From Octopus vulgaris (taxonomy: Eukaryota): a stretch of DNA of 64,000 nt. The stretch lies in the NCBI GenBank assembly GCA_951406725.2, contig OX597840.1, forward strand, positions 2,604,001 through 2,668,000, written 5' to 3'. A program made the position numbers and the translations under genes. Positions 41,805-56,117 of the stretch are shown here, in pieces. A model generated the notes under the pieces. It made no database searches. It saw nothing but the letters and a program-made list of their open reading frames with translations, and was not told the origin of the DNA. Every line of letters begins with the position of its first letter. Within the stretch, counting starts at the first letter, position 1.

Positions 41805-42235
41805 TATATATCAACTCGTGTGTTCCTGTTCACCCTTATACATATATATATATATATATACATAAAAATGTGTGTCTTTATGTCTGTGTTTGTCCTCCAG
41901 CAACGCTTCAGCACTGGTGTCCGTGTTTTTACGTCCACGTAAGCTAGTGTTACTACCAGGATTAAGAAAATAAATACTGGAGTCGATCCCCTCGATTAAT
42001 AATTTTTCAAGGTTGTGCCCCAGCATGGCCATTGTGTAATGACTGAAACAAAGGACAAAAGATAGAAGATAAAAAGAAAAGAGATAAGGCAATAATGAAA
42101 CAGGAGCAGTTAAACTTTACATTTCAGCCCTTCGGGGTCTATAATGTGAAGTACTAGCCAAGGACAGGTAATGTAATCACCATGTTTCATGTCTGCAGAA
42201 TCGCTAGCTTTGGACCAGTTTTTACAACTCCCACG

Positions 42236-42490
42236 TTACTCCTCCTCCTACCTCCACTTCTTCTTATTATTATTCCTCTTCCTCCCCTTCTTCTTCTTCT
42301 TCTACTTCTTCTTCTTCTTCTTCTTCTCCTTCCTCTTCTTCTTCCTCCTCCTCCTTGCCTTCTTCTATTTCTTCTTCTACTTCTTCTTCTTATTATTATT
42401 ATTATTCTACTTCTCCTTCTTCTTCTTTTTCTTCTTCTTCTACTTCTCCTTCTTCTTCTTCTTCTTCTTCGTCTTCCTCCTCCTCCTCCC
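42236..42490. repeat. (CTT/CCT)n low complexity
   Basis: Direct reading. Confidence 0.95.
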
Positions 42491-42718
42491 CAGACTAGGG
42501 AATTCATATCACAACGAACAATAACTTCATGTTCATTGTAGCAGTTGCAGTAACGGGAAAACGTGACGCGACAATTCCACAATCACAAAAGACAGAAGGA
42601 GAACCTTGGTATAAAAGGATCTTGCCGGGACAAGTAGACATATTACATCAAAGCGGTGTTTAAGTAAGTGGAAAATGGTATCAACAGCAACCGGAGACTC
42701 TGATAGAGAATGATAAAT

Positions 42719-43501
42719 TTAACACTTTAGCATTCACATTATTCTTTCCAGTATAATGGACAGAATATAAACTAACAAGCCGGATGGTAACGGTAGCGAG
42801 GATAGCTATAACTACCGGGAAATGTTTGCAGAATCCCTCCACAGTCTTCGTATATCCCTAAGCAAATCCTGGTATTTTTCTATTTTCTTCTGTTGCTTGA
42901 CCGCTATTTTTATAGGGGCAGACACACCCACAGTTTCGTATTAATCATGAATCATCCGATAGCTCTGACATGTTAATGACATGATTATTTAGTTTTAGAT
43001 GGACATTATAGGGTAGATGTGGAGGCGCAATGGCCCATTGGGCAGCGGACTCGCGGTCGTAGGATCGCGGTTTCGATTCCCAGACCGGGCGTTGTGAGTG
43101 TTTATTGAGCGAAAACACCTAAAGGCTCCACGAGGCTCCGGCAGGGGATGGTGTGATCCCTGTTGTACTCTTTCACCACAACTTTCTCTTACTTCCTGTT
43201 TCTGTTGTACCTGTATTTCAAAGGGCCGGCCTTGTCACTCTCTGTGTCACGCTAAATATCCCCGAGAACTACGTTAAGGGTACACGTGTCTGTGGAGTGC
43301 TCAGCCACTTACACGTTAATTTCACGAGCAAGCTGTTCCGTTGATTCGGATCAACCGGAACCCTCGTCGTCGGAACCGACTGAGTGCTTCCACCCATAGG
43401 ATAGATGTTAGATGTTAGAGGGACCACGTCTGGCTGGTTTGAACATAAAACAGGTAGAATATTGTGGCCGGATATGATCGGATTAAATGCTAAAAGGTTT
43501 A
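42719..43501. mobile_element. Possible piggyBac-type (TTAA) non-autonomous element
   Basis: TTAA-CACTTTAGCATT ... AATGCTAAAAGG-TTTA; it splits the Dong-like reading. Confidence 0.45.
43018..43390 (+). mobile_element. SINE family B, tail type 2, nested
   Basis: tRNA-like head; TSD ATAGG(G/A)TAGATGT on both sides. Confidence 0.85.
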
Positions 43502-43926
43502 TGGCCCGATTAAGTGCTAAAACGCCTTTTAAGACTTTACAGTTAAAACTAACAACGAAATGTAACCAAAAGGAACGGATTTTATCTTACTGTATAATGA
43601 GTCGAGAGATTATATCTTTATAGATGTTGCCGTCTGTTAATATGAAAGTAGCGATCAAAGAACAGACGAAAATAGGAAAATACCGAGACTTTCCTAGGAA
43701 ACTACGAAGAGAGTGGAGGATTTCTGCAAATATTTCCTGGTAGTTATAGCTATCCTGAGTATCGTTAGCATCCGAATTGATAGTTTCCTTATTGAGAACC
43801 GTAAAACTACTAGGTTTATATTAATACAGAAATTTGCTTCATCAGAAAGAGCAAGGGTTGTACGAAAGGTCCTCGATATCTAAGGAACTGGCTGTGATCC
43901 AGGACCAAAGGCATCGATTCCAAATG

Positions 43927-44228
<302 letters not shown>

Positions 44229-44783
44229 AATGCCCTTATGCAGTACAAGGCAGTGGTTCTCATGGCTGCTAATCTTAACTGATTGGAAGTGTTATCATGT
44301 TTATTGTTTTGTCTTGGTATAAAAGATGGGCTACAGCAAATATTTTGCTCAATACCACAGATTTACTTGTCAGTTGTTTGACCTTAACCAGTTGACCATG
44401 TCCCTTAGTGTCTGACGATATGTGCATCTCTGATTACGAGCAGAAGTAGTGGGGGAGCATCATAGCCGTGTGTTGAATGGAATTCTTAGAGGTTTGGATA
44501 ATTCACCTTTGGAAACATGTGGTTGGTTCAACATCCTTAAACAAACCTTATTCAGGGACCTATTGAGCGGCATGGGCTACTCGACCTAAAGTAAATTCTA
44601 ATTGTGCGCCACCTGCAAGGTCATGCGCTGTGTATCTTGATATGAGATCCCCATGTCGTGCACATATGGCTGTGATGTATATGCCTGGTGTACTCTTATC
44701 AGACAGGTAGTCATGATGGGTATACTGGGCTTCGTATGTTTTACCCCAGTGTCACATTGATGGCATGCGCTGCTCTCTCACTC

Positions 44784-44784
<1 letters not shown>
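44229..44784. mobile_element. Repeat family D, second copy
   Basis: Co-linear with 10392-10968; followed by (AAT)n. Confidence 0.75.
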
Positions 44785-44863
<79 letters not shown>

Positions 44864-45279
44864 AGTAAAGTTAATCGCCACATCAAAGTGGCTTTTCCAC
44901 GTTGCTACTAGCTTAACCCCAAGCAGATCTTCTGCCAGCTGGTTATCGACGCGACAATTCATATACAATACATATTTTGCTAGAAGGGGGATCGAACTTC
45001 TGTCATACTCTAGTAGACAACAGGATAGAGAAACTGAATTTGTTTCGAGCTGGTTGGCTCTTCCTCAGTCGCGAGCACCTGGCCACCAGAAAGATAGCCA
45101 GGGTCTGCTCCAGCCAGCAATATATCGTAAACAAAGCGACCATCGGTCACTGATTTACAACAAGCAAAATAGCTAGTCGTGAAATCTGAAGAAGAGATTA
45201 GAGGAGTAGCTATAATACTAATCATTTGAAATTTTGGTACAACGCTAGTGATTCTGCAGACACGAAACATGATGATTAC

Positions 45280-46258
45280 ATTATAGACCCCGAAGGGCTG
45301 AAATGTTAAGTTTAATGCTAGGATCTGAACTGAAAAACGTAAAGAGCCGGAAGAAATCCCATATAGCGTTTTGTCCGACAGGTTAACAATTCTGCTAATT
45401 CGCAACTTTAATCATTCTTTCTGCTATAAGCACAAGACATAAAACTGGAAACAGATGCTAGACGATTATATCCACCCCACCACAAGACTGGTAATTATTG
45501 TATCCACCCTGAAAGGATGAAAGGCATAGTTGACCTTGGTAGAGTGTGAACTCAGAACGTAAAGACGGACGAAATGCCGCTAAACATATATTCCGACGTG
45601 CTAACTGTTCTGCCATCTTGCTGCTTTGATCGCCACGTTAATCTCTTCGGCTATAGGTACAAGGCCTGAAATTTGCGGGAGAGGGTCTTATCGTTTACAA
45701 CGAACCCAGTGCGCAACTGGCACCAGTTTCACTGACCCAGAAAGGAATGATAGGCAAAATTGTCCACGCTGGAATTTGGTGTCGGAACGTAAAGACGGAC
45801 GTAATATCGCGAAGTATTTTGTCCTTCGTGCTAACGATTCTACCAGCTCCCCAGAAATTACTAATCATTTGCCAAAATTTGTACAATATTCTTTCCTATT
45901 CTAGGCACAAGGCCCGAAATTTGGGGGGAAGGGGCCAGTCGATTATATCGACCCCAGTACGCAAGTAGTGCTTAATTTATCGACCCCGAAAGGATGAAAG
46001 GCAAAGTCGAGCCCGGCGGAATTTGAACTCAGAACATAAAGACAGACGAAATACTTATTTCTTTACTACCCGCAAGAGGTTAAACAGAGAAAGGACAAAC
46101 AAAGACAGACAAACGGATTAAGTCGATTATATTGACCCGAAAGGATGAAAGGCAAAGACGACCACGGCAGAATTTGAACTCAGAACGTAACGGCAGACGA
46201 AATACTGCTACGCATTTCGCCCGGCGTGCTAACGATTCTGCCAAACTCACCGCCTTAA
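45280..46258 (-). mobile_element. Cluster of SINE family C copies of different ages
   Basis: Repeated GAAAGGATGAAAGGCA ... GAACTCAGAACGTAA blocks. Confidence 0.75.
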
Positions 46259-47046
46259 AAATTGGTACAGTATTAACACCCGTGGTTTGTTGTTTCTGTT
46301 AATTTAGTGTCTAGTCTGTGTGTTTGGTATATGTGTAAAGTGCATTAAGACGTTTGTGTTATAATTAATGTGATGTAATAATGGATATCGATAATGTAAG
46401 CGCGTGCGCTATGACATTTTATTGGGTGTTGATTGGATTTCATTTTCAAGTACCGAATCAGACGATGTATTAGATTGAATATCAGAGAAAATGATTTGCC
46501 ATTTCTGTTCTGGTTCTCTACGTTCTGACATCAAATCCAGTACAAGTTAACTTCGACTTTTACAAGAGGTCGATCAATAAAGTACTAGTTGAGTACAAGG
46601 AACGATGGTCCTCTTCTCTTCCTCTCCTTTTGCTTTTTTTCTTTTTCTTTTTTCTTATATTACCACAACCACCACTACCACCGTTACTACGACCACGAAA
46701 ACTACCACTACATCCACCATTACTGCTACTACAATTACTACTAATGCTATACAACTACGACTACTACCACCAACGCTACTACTACTACCAACACAGCTAC
46801 TTCTACCACTATTACTGATACTACCCCACCACTATTATTATCACCGCCACCATTATTACCACAACGACTGCTACTACTACTGTCACCAATACTAACATTA
46901 CCACCACTACTACTATCACCTCTACTAGTACTACTACTACTACAACTACTAATACTACTACGACTATTAATACTACTACTAGTACTACTACTACTATTAC
47001 TACTGCAATTACTACTACTACTTTTCTTATCTTTATTCTCTCAATT

Positions 47047-47356
47047 TAATTATGCGCCCTTTTCAAGCCTAGCCAGGCTCATGGGCCCAGTTTCCTGGTT
47101 TCGGTGGCGTATGTGTTCCTCCCAGCTGGACGGGACGCCAGTCCATTGCAGCGTTACTCCAGAAACAGGGAGAAAGAGTCAGAGAAAGTTGGGGTGAAAG
47201 AGTACAACATGGGTCGCCACCACCCCTTGCCGTAGCCTCGTGGAGCTTTAGGTGTTTTAGCTCTACAAACACACACAACGCCCGGTCTAGGAATCGAAAC
47301 CGTGATCCTCCGACTGTGAGTCTGCTGCCCTAACCACTGGGCCATTGCCCCTCCAC
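47047..47356 (-). mobile_element. SINE family B, tail type 3
   Basis: TSD TATTCTCTCAATT at 47034-47046 and 47357-47369; homologous to 51563-51880. Confidence 0.85.
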
Positions 47357-48569
47357 TATTCTCTCAATTACGGCGGCAAATTGTGAGAATCTTTAATTCA
47401 CCGGACAAAACGCTTGGCAGCATTTCTTCCGATTTCACGTCCTAAGTTTAAATTCCTTCGCAACCGAATTTATCCGTTATCATTTCGGCTTCTCTGAAAT
47501 AAGAACCAGTTGTGTAATGGGGTCGATATAAAAGACTCATCCTCTTCCTTGGAACTGTTGCTCTTGCAACCAAATTAGAATTATCTCATGCAGTATTACA
47601 ATATATGAGACGGACATTTTTGTGTTATCAAAGAGCGGAAATCAAACTGATGATATGCCAAAAATCCAGTGTTTGCTTCCTTTAGATCTACATTTGTAAA
47701 TATAACATTTCTTGCGATTATTATTTATTAACATGAATACAAAACACATAAAAAACATTTTTATTACTTCAACTTTGATTTGCAACGCATCTATAAATAT
47801 TACTCGTAAATATTATTCACTTTTATCATTAATAAAGTATTGATTTTTCTGTAATTAAATGCAAGATAATTCGTTTCCAGTTTGATTTTGGGTATGTTTT
47901 TATTTTATTTTATTTTATTTTATTTTTAATTTTCTATCGTTTTTCAAACCTATGGAAATGAATCATCAAAAACGTAAATGTCTGTAGTATTGATTCTTTG
48001 AAATATAATGTTATTCCATGCACTATTAACCAACAATTACTTACGTGTTTAATTTGCGAAAATAACCGTTGATAAATATAGGAATATACCCTCCCCCAAA
48101 GGAACATTGAGCACTTGAAAACAAAAACCTTCAGGTAAAATCAATAAGGATTTAAGCTATTTTCCTGCTTTAAAATCTAAAATTCAAAAAGCGTTGAATA
48201 ATTAAAAACCTACTTGAAAATAATGAAAGAACAATTGATGAAGGCTTTATTGTATCTTAGAAAATTTCAAAATTCATTGCCAACTGTGGGAAACGTCGTA
48301 ATATTACAAGAATTTTGTTTTTCTTGTTGGTTGTTGAAGAACTATTTTAATTCTGTGTTTTATGTTGTTGTCTGGTGTATGTGATTTAATTAGATTTTGT
48401 TTTCCATGGAGTAAATATTCAAGTTTCAAGCTATACAGGGTGAAACGGTGAATGATATCGCGAACGAGTTTTGTTAACATGAAATGTGTTAGATGATGGC
48501 ACGTACGAGCCTTCGTAGAAGGCAACATATAAAAGAACGCTACAAACACAGATTGAAGGAGAAAGGAAC

Positions 48570-49330
48570 GTAGAGGCGAAGGAGGAGGAGGAGGGGGAGC
48601 GGGAAGAATATGAAGAGGAGGTGGAGGAGGAAGAAGATGAGGAGGAGGTGGAGAAGGAAGTGGAGGAGGAGAAGGAGAAAGAAGAATAGGGGGAGGAGGA
48701 GGAAGAAGAAGATGATGAGGTGGAGGAGGAAGAAGAAGAATATGGGTGGAGGGGGAGGGGAGGAAGAAGAATAGGAGGAGGAGGATGAAGAAGAATAGGA
48801 AGAGGAGGAGGAGGAGGAAGAAGAAGAGGAGGAGGAGGAGAAAGTGGAGGAGGATGAAGAGAAGAAGGAGGAGGAGGAGGAGGAGGAGGAGGAGGAGGAA
48901 GAAGAAGGAGGAGGAAGAAGAGGAGGAGGAGGAAGAAGAGGAGGAGGAGGAAGAAGAGGAGGAAGAAGAAGTGGAGGAGGAGGAAGAAGATGAGGAGGAA
49001 GATAAGAAGAAGAGGAGGAGGAGGAGGAGGAGGAGGAGGAAGAGGGAGAAGGAGGAAGAAGATGAGGAGGAGGAAGGAGGAGAGGAGGAGGAAGAAGGAG
49101 AGGAGGAGGAGGTGGAGGAGGTGGTGGAAGAAGAGTAGGAGGTGGAGAAGGAGGAAGAAGAAGAAGAAGAAGAGGAGGAGGTGGAGAAGGAGGAAGAAGA
49201 AGAAGTGAAGAAGAGGAGGAGGAGGTGGAGAAGGAGGAAGAAGAAGAAGTGGAGGAGGAGGTGGAGGAGGAAGAAGAAGAAGAGGAGGAGGTGGAGGAGG
49301 AAGAAGACGAAGGGGAGGAGGACGAAGACG
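48570..49330. repeat. (GGA/GAA)n purine low complexity
   Basis: Direct reading. Confidence 0.97.
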
Positions 49331-50302
49331 GGTAACGAGGGAAGCTGTAAAAACCAGAATTTTGTTTTACTTATACGTGTTGAATAATTCTGATTACGTT
49401 CCAGAAAATTCTAACTTAAATATGCTTGCCATTGTTAGTATTTTTGCACAGGTGAGCAACTTCTGTATGACAACTATGCGTTCATACCTCACTCGCTTCA
49501 TTAGTTCAATCCCCTGTTCACATTTGTTTTTGTCTCGTCAGCCAGAAGCACTCCCGTACCAATGACTCTAACATGAGCCGATGCCCTTGTTTACAATTTC
49601 AAACTGTTTGCTGTGATCTACCAACGGAAAATAAATTGCCATATGCAGAATGAACAGCGGGATTCAAAACAAGGAATTGTATACTTACCCTATTTATTTC
49701 TCACGCGTTCTGCCATATTCGAACGTGAATATGCTAAACGCTGTTGAGAGACATCACTGGAAAATAACACCTTTTCGCTGAATATTTATTCTTAAGCAAC
49801 ATAATAGAAGTATTGACAAAGTTGGCCCTCATTAACTAGAAGCGCCCCTCGAATTTTATTCTAAAATAATATTTTTATTTTGCAAAATAATTCTCACTTC
49901 TTTTGCGTGAATATCTGATTTTAATACTGGTCTATGGGTACAATTTCAAAAGAATTAATGAGATTGTTATAGAAATCTTATTTTGTAAACAAACTAGAAT
50001 CTACAGCAAAAGGTTAAAGAAATGTTCGCACAAATCTGTAATCGGGAAAGCTTTGAAAACAAAGACTTTAGAAAATATATGTTGTACCCCTGCGCTTATA
50101 TTTTAAATGTATTTAAAAAGAAACGTTTCTCGGTTCGACTTTTTCTGAGCCAAAAGTATTTTTCTTCCCAATATTATAATTTCTAGCATTTTATTTTTTA
50201 TTATTAATTTTTCTAGCATTTTATTGTTTTATTATCATTATTTTTAACATCATTTTATTTATTTATTTATGTATTTATTTATTTATTATTATTATTATTA
50301 TT

Positions 50303-50638
50303 CAGTAGTTTTATTTTTATAGCGTGCTTTCACTTCACTACCGAGCACAGCTCTGTGTGCTGTGATTTGTTGTGATGCTCTGATGGTTATTGTATGGAAA
50401 GTGTTCTGCGTAGGATGTGTGCAGTGCCTAGTAGTGCAATTTTCTGTATGTTATATGTGTTTGTAAGTCCTGGTGTTTTTGTTATGTATTTGTCTGAATA
50501 TTTTTTTATCATGCCTAATGCACCTACTATGATAGGAATTGTTTCTGTTTTCAGATTCCACATTCTAGTTACCTCTATTTCCAGGTCTTTGTATTTTGAG
50601 AGTTTCTTCTTTTAGAGACACGTTGTCATCAGCCGGTA

Positions 50639-50640
<2 letters not shown>
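50303..50640 (-). mobile_element. 5'-truncated R4/Dong-like retrotransposon (endonuclease C-terminus plus 3' UTR) in (TTA)n
   Basis: Minus strand reads IPADDNVSLKE (frameshift) KLSKYKDLEIEVTRMWNLKTETIPIIVGALGMIKK...IQKIALLGTAHILRRTLS; TTA repeats on both sides. Confidence 0.8.
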
Positions 50641-50705
<65 letters not shown>

Positions 50706-50727
50706 TTTATTATTTTTATTATTTTTA

Positions 50728-50761
<34 letters not shown>

Positions 50762-51562
50762 CATTATTATTATTATTATTATTATTAATATTATTATTAT
50801 TATTATTTCTAGCATTTTATAAAAGCAGCGAGCTAGCAGAGTCTTAATTCTTCTGTTGTTCTTTCGTCTTTACACACTACGTTCAAATGCCACCTAAGTC
50901 GACATTGTCATTGATCCTTTCGAGATCGTGAAATAAAAACCAGTTGAGCACTGCTGTGGATGTAATAGACAAACAACCTCCACCTCAACAATAGAGAAAT
51001 TACTCCTACCATCATGATTTAATATGTCACATTTACAAGAAAGACGAATTGATTGAATCGTTACCACGCTTGATACGTGCTTCTCTACATTTCGTCCGTC
51101 TTCGCCTGCTGATTTCAAATTCCGCCAAGCCTGACTCTGCATTGTATCTTTCCGGGATTGATATGAATCTCGAGCATATAATATGAAACCAGTTGAGCAC
51201 TGGGGTCGATGTAACAGACTTTCCCTCTGCCCAGAAATTGATGGCCCAATGTCAAAGTTTTAAACCAGCATATTAATACCTCAAGGCAGCGCGCTTGTAG
51301 AATTGTTAACGCGCCGGACAAAATGCTTAGCGGCTTTTCTTCTGGATATTTACACTCGGTGTTCAAATTGAACCGAGATTAACTTAGGCTTTCATTCTTT
51401 CTGGGTTGATCAAATAAGTATCACTTGAACATTGAGGTTGGTGTATTCGACTTACCCTCTACCCTGAAGTGGCTAGCTCAAATTTGAAACTAATATAACT
51501 TAGTCACAAGGTAATCGATGACAAGTCGTCGTCATATATTTATAATCATTTAAAAGGAGCAA

Positions 51563-51880
51563 TTGCAGAGGTGCAATGGGTCAGTGGTTAGGGCAGCGGA
51601 CTCGCGGTCGGAGGATCGCGGTTTCGATTCCCAGACCGGGTGTTGTGTGTGTTTATTGAGCGAAAACATCTAAAGCTCCACGATGCTTCGGCACGGGATG
51701 CTGACGACCCCTGTTGTACTTTTTCGCCCCAACTATCTCTCACTCTCTCTTCCTGTTTCTTGAGTAACGCTGCGATGGACTGGCGTCCCGTTTAGCAAGA
51801 AGGAACACATATGCCATAGAAACCATGAAACTGGGCCCATGAGCCTGGCTAGGCTTGAAAAGGGCGTGTAAATAAAGAAA
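51563..51880 (+). mobile_element. SINE family B, tail type 3
   Basis: tRNA-like head; GGAGCAATT repeated on both sides. Confidence 0.8.
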
Positions 51881-52844
51881 AACGGAGCAATTACAAATAG
51901 TTTTGCCATATATTGTATCGTTCGTTAGTTACGTTCAGAAGGAAATCGCCTTAAGTGAAATTACATGAAACTTTACAAGTCGGAATCAAAGTAGTGATTA
52001 AGATTAAAACTCTATTGCTAATGACACTGATATTTCGCCAACTCTTTCCATGGAAATGATTCAGAATTAAGACATATTTTAATTCAGTTTAAGATTAAGC
52101 AATTTTTCAAACGGAAATCGTCTACGATGTATTCATAATCCTTATGATACAGTTTTTGATTTTTATAAAAAGTAATAGGTGCAGATACATGTAAAGATAT
52201 TTTGAAAGCAGAAACACCGATATTGGTTATCTTGCTCGTATTTTGAACATATTAAACGAAGTCAACCTTAAGTGACAGGGAAATAAAGATAACTTGGATT
52301 AAAACCCGTGAACGACGGTGGAAAAGGGTTGCATCAATGTGAGAGAAACAGGGAAAGAAAAAGAAAAATCAAATATATTTTGTTTCTTAAGGGTAATTTT
52401 TATACTATTTTCACATTAAATGAATACAAAAGCTATGAAAACTTACAATCTCATTATCGAAAAATGCCGTAAAATATTCACTTTCCTTTGTATATCTGCC
52501 GTGAGCATAAATTCATTTGAGATTCCTGCATTGTTGTTGTTAAACGAATGTACGAATGTAGAAAAATCGATGCAATTTTCTACCCAAAGCTAGTTGAAGC
52601 ATCAGATTATTCCGTGCTATACACAACATCGCGGTCATGAAGGAAAGTCAAACAAAATACTGCGTTGTATAAATCATCTATTGGCGACTTGAATTTTTCC
52701 AAGGGCGTATTACGCTTAGGGGTATTTAAAGTAGTATCCACTCGGGCAACAATGGATAAGGGCCGAATGCATGTAAAATTTTTGAAAGAGAAAGTGATGA
52801 TCTTCACTGCTTCATGATTAAAGGAAAATGGATAATAATGGTAA

Positions 52845-53361
52845 TCTATATATATAAAACTGTAGTTGTGTGAGTGTCTGTGTCCTACGATTTAGATTCC
52901 TAACTCCTCCCACATTTTGCGGTGCAGTTTAACCAAATTCGGGTATCTTATAGTCGTGATTAATATCGAGCCCGTCTAGCTATTAGCGCGCGTCTACGAT
53001 GAGTCTACGATTTTAAAAATAACTTAACATCATTTTTTATTCCATTTTAATGCATAATTTTTCGTCTGTCGATGGCGGCGGAGTTGGCGTCCACGCTCAA
53101 ACACCTGCACCTGTGTTTGCTTCTTCCCCTTCTTCCCTCCCTCGTTAAGCTGTGGGGAAGGGAGTGTAAGGAAATCAACGTCGTAAAGCGTTGTCAAGGA
53201 GACCAGCGTTCTTTTAGAACAACGACTTCATGGCTTGAAGACACCAAAACAGAAATGGCTAAGAAAGCCCGAATTGGCATCTATAAGGGAAGTAACTCTC
53301 TAAAAATGCTTATATAGTTATTTCCCTTACAAACCCGAGCAACGCCGGGCGATACTGCTAG
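52845..53361 (+). mobile_element. Non-autonomous Helitron
   Basis: A|TCTATATATATAAAAC 5' end; CCCG-agcaacgc-CGGG hairpin then CTAG|T; no TSD. Confidence 0.85.
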
Positions 53362-53833
53362 TTATTACTAAAATATAATTTACATAAATAATTGTGCAAA
53401 TCTGGTCGTCTTTCTGTTTATCAATTTAAAAGCAATTTAAAAGCATCTGCGGTAATATTTATTCCAATGTCTGGTGTTTATTCTATTGATGACATTTGAT
53501 GAACCGCTGTGTTACAGTAGTGAACAAGCAGAAGCACAAATTCACACTTACCCGCACACACACATACAAACATATTTATATCAGAGTATTATTCACATAT
53601 TTACTTCTTGATACGTCAGGTTAGGTAGAGGCGCTCAATACTGTGGTCACTAGAGCGTGCGTGAATCAGACATGAGTAGCTACTTTTTTTCATGACGATA
53701 GTGTATCCAACAAATTCGGCTCAAAGGCAAGAAGCCAAAAGTATATGCTTGGAGCGACATGGACCTTTGTCACAAACTGTATCCTTTATATAGTGGTATA
53801 TATACATACATACACACACACACATACACACAT

Positions 53834-53888
<55 letters not shown>

Positions 53889-53891
<3 letters not shown>

Positions 53892-54283
53892 CAGTATCGC
53901 CCGGCGTTGCTCGGGCTTGTAAGGGAAATAACTATATAAGCATTTTCAGAGATGTAAAGTATAATAGCCATCTCAATATGGCTAACCACAAGGGGGAGGG
54001 GTGTTACTGTAGCTTTTTACGCTCTGAGATTTAATAATAAATTTTTAGAGAGTTACTTGCCTTATATATGCCAAAAATGCATTAAAAATGTGAAAAATTG
54101 ATGGTAAATTTTTTTTTAAATCGTAGACTCATCGTAGACGCGCGCTAATACCCAGAAGGGCTCGACATGAATCACGACTATAAGATACCCGGTTTTGGTT
54201 AAACTGCACCGCAAAATGTGGGAGTAGTTAGGAATCTAAATCGTAGCAGACAGACAGCACACAACCTCTCTTTTATATATAAA

Positions 54284-54285
<2 letters not shown>
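53889..54285 (-). mobile_element. Non-autonomous Helitron, related family member
   Basis: Shares ~180 nt at the 5' end and ~60 nt at the 3' end (including the hairpin) with 52845-53361; starts with TC. Confidence 0.8.
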
Positions 54286-54321
<36 letters not shown>

Positions 54322-55196
54322 GACACATTCCATAAGGTACCGTCTACCATATTCACTCCCAATGAATTATTAAAGGTGCTGTGCAGTGGGAGCGAAACTT
54401 AAGTCACGAGATTGCAGAATAAACTTCTTAACAACATATGTATACCTGTTTTGATTGAGAGATGCTAATCTAAAATGTCATAATATTCATCTTCTTACAT
54501 TTGCGAATAACATGGAAACGAACCTGAAAATACTTAAAATGCTAAAACATGCCTGCCTGGGCAGTAAATTTCCTTCAAGAAAATGAAAACAATGTTAGAG
54601 CAGATTTAGTATGAATTTGAAACGCGACGTCTGTTTCTAGAAGACGTTTGTGAAGAATATTGGTTTAAACATCACAACAAACATTTTCGTATTTTTAATA
54701 CATATATTCCTTATTGTTAGCGTCATATTCCTCACGCGTGGCTGCGGAACGAATCGGCACAGTTTTACAGCTGTTAGCTCAACAATGAAGTGAGTTCGGA
54801 ATACGACAGTAAAAGAGTGACACAGATAGAGTAAGCAGGGGAGGTGCAGGATTAGGGGACAAACACGACTTAGTGGCAGTCATTGATTTAAAATGCTATC
54901 CAGACAGTGAGAGGGAAAAATCACAGACAAAATGGAAGAGAAGATAGGTAAATTAGCATAATAGTTATGGAAAGAGCTATGCAAATGAAATAATTGCTTT
55001 ATTTAATTTATATTTAAAATCAATAAATATTTTTCTTTCGATAATTAACATTCATTTCATTATTTTACTAAAGAATCAAAAGAGTTGATAAAATTTAAAT
55101 CATAATTATGGTATGTATATCATATTTTCTGATATTAACTCTGTTGGTTAAATTATAATTCCAAATTTAGCTGCCGCATGAATAACTCTCCCTCTA

Positions 55197-55233
<37 letters not shown>

Positions 55234-55407
55234 TACTGCATATTTAGGATGAATACTTGATAAGTATAAGCACCTGTATACGTCAAATAGTAGCAGATAT
55301 ATTGCAATATATATATATATATATATATATACATGCAATAAATTCAGGGTGAATATTTGATAAGTATAAGCACCTGTATATGCCAGCTAGTAGCAGAGGT
55401 GAGAAGA

Positions 55408-55528
55408 TATATGTATCAAATGGAATAAAAAACAGAACACAAAGGATGTCGCGGTACACATGTTTATAAAGCTCGAAACATGTGTACTGCGACATCCTTT
55501 GTGTTCTGTTTTTTATTTCATTTGATAC

Positions 55529-55533
<5 letters not shown>
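55408..55533. repeat. ~58-bp-arm inverted repeat with the 3' half of an HHR-like motif
   Basis: 55408-55465 pairs with 55476-55533; the loop and right arm read CTC-GAAA-CATGTG-TA. Confidence 0.75.
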
Positions 55534-55581
<48 letters not shown>

Positions 55582-56117
55582 AATGTGTATTCGTTCTGTG
55601 TTTTTAGGATCCTAATTGTTTTGATCTTATTCTTTACAATAAATCTCCGTACATCCACAACTGTGTTCGCATTCAAATTTATTTCCCGTGCTTTATTTTT
55701 ACCCACAACACATGCATACATTTTATACAGTTTGTGCACGTTAGACATTGTGTTGATGTGTAGACAGAACATAAGACTACAATATCAAAGTCATTGACCG
55801 AACGATCTCAATTGAATATATATCCATATTTCACGCTAGCTGTAAGAGACGTGCTTTATATTCGGAGTCAACCCTTAGAGACAACATTGCATTGAAATCA
55901 TTTTATAATATTTTGGTATTTAATTCGCATTAAACTCATGCTATGAAATTTATTACAGGACTTCATTGGATCGAGTGTATTTTTGTGGCTGTTATAGCTT
56001 ATTAATGGATTAGTTTATCCGATTTTATATAATGTCGGTTATATATTGCGTTAATTCTGTTCTCATGTAAGCCTGCCTGTCAAACTTTATATGCACTCAC
56101 TTTTCTATCTGTTATAT

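Larger units (their letters stand above)
42660..43926 (+). mobile_element. Decayed R4/Dong-like non-LTR retrotransposon 3' end (restriction-like endonuclease), interrupted
   Basis: KWYQQQPETLIENDKF (~42672-42720), then after an insertion DFTVKTN, TDFILL...FIDVAV, KEQTKIGKYRD...RREW and IQK...ARVVRKVLDI*, followed by (TAA)n. Confidence 0.65.

Noticed and set aside
48432-48545. Tc1/mariner terminus (TACAGGGTG), and a similar candidate near 18640
   Set aside because: No matching inverted end or transposase remnant identified
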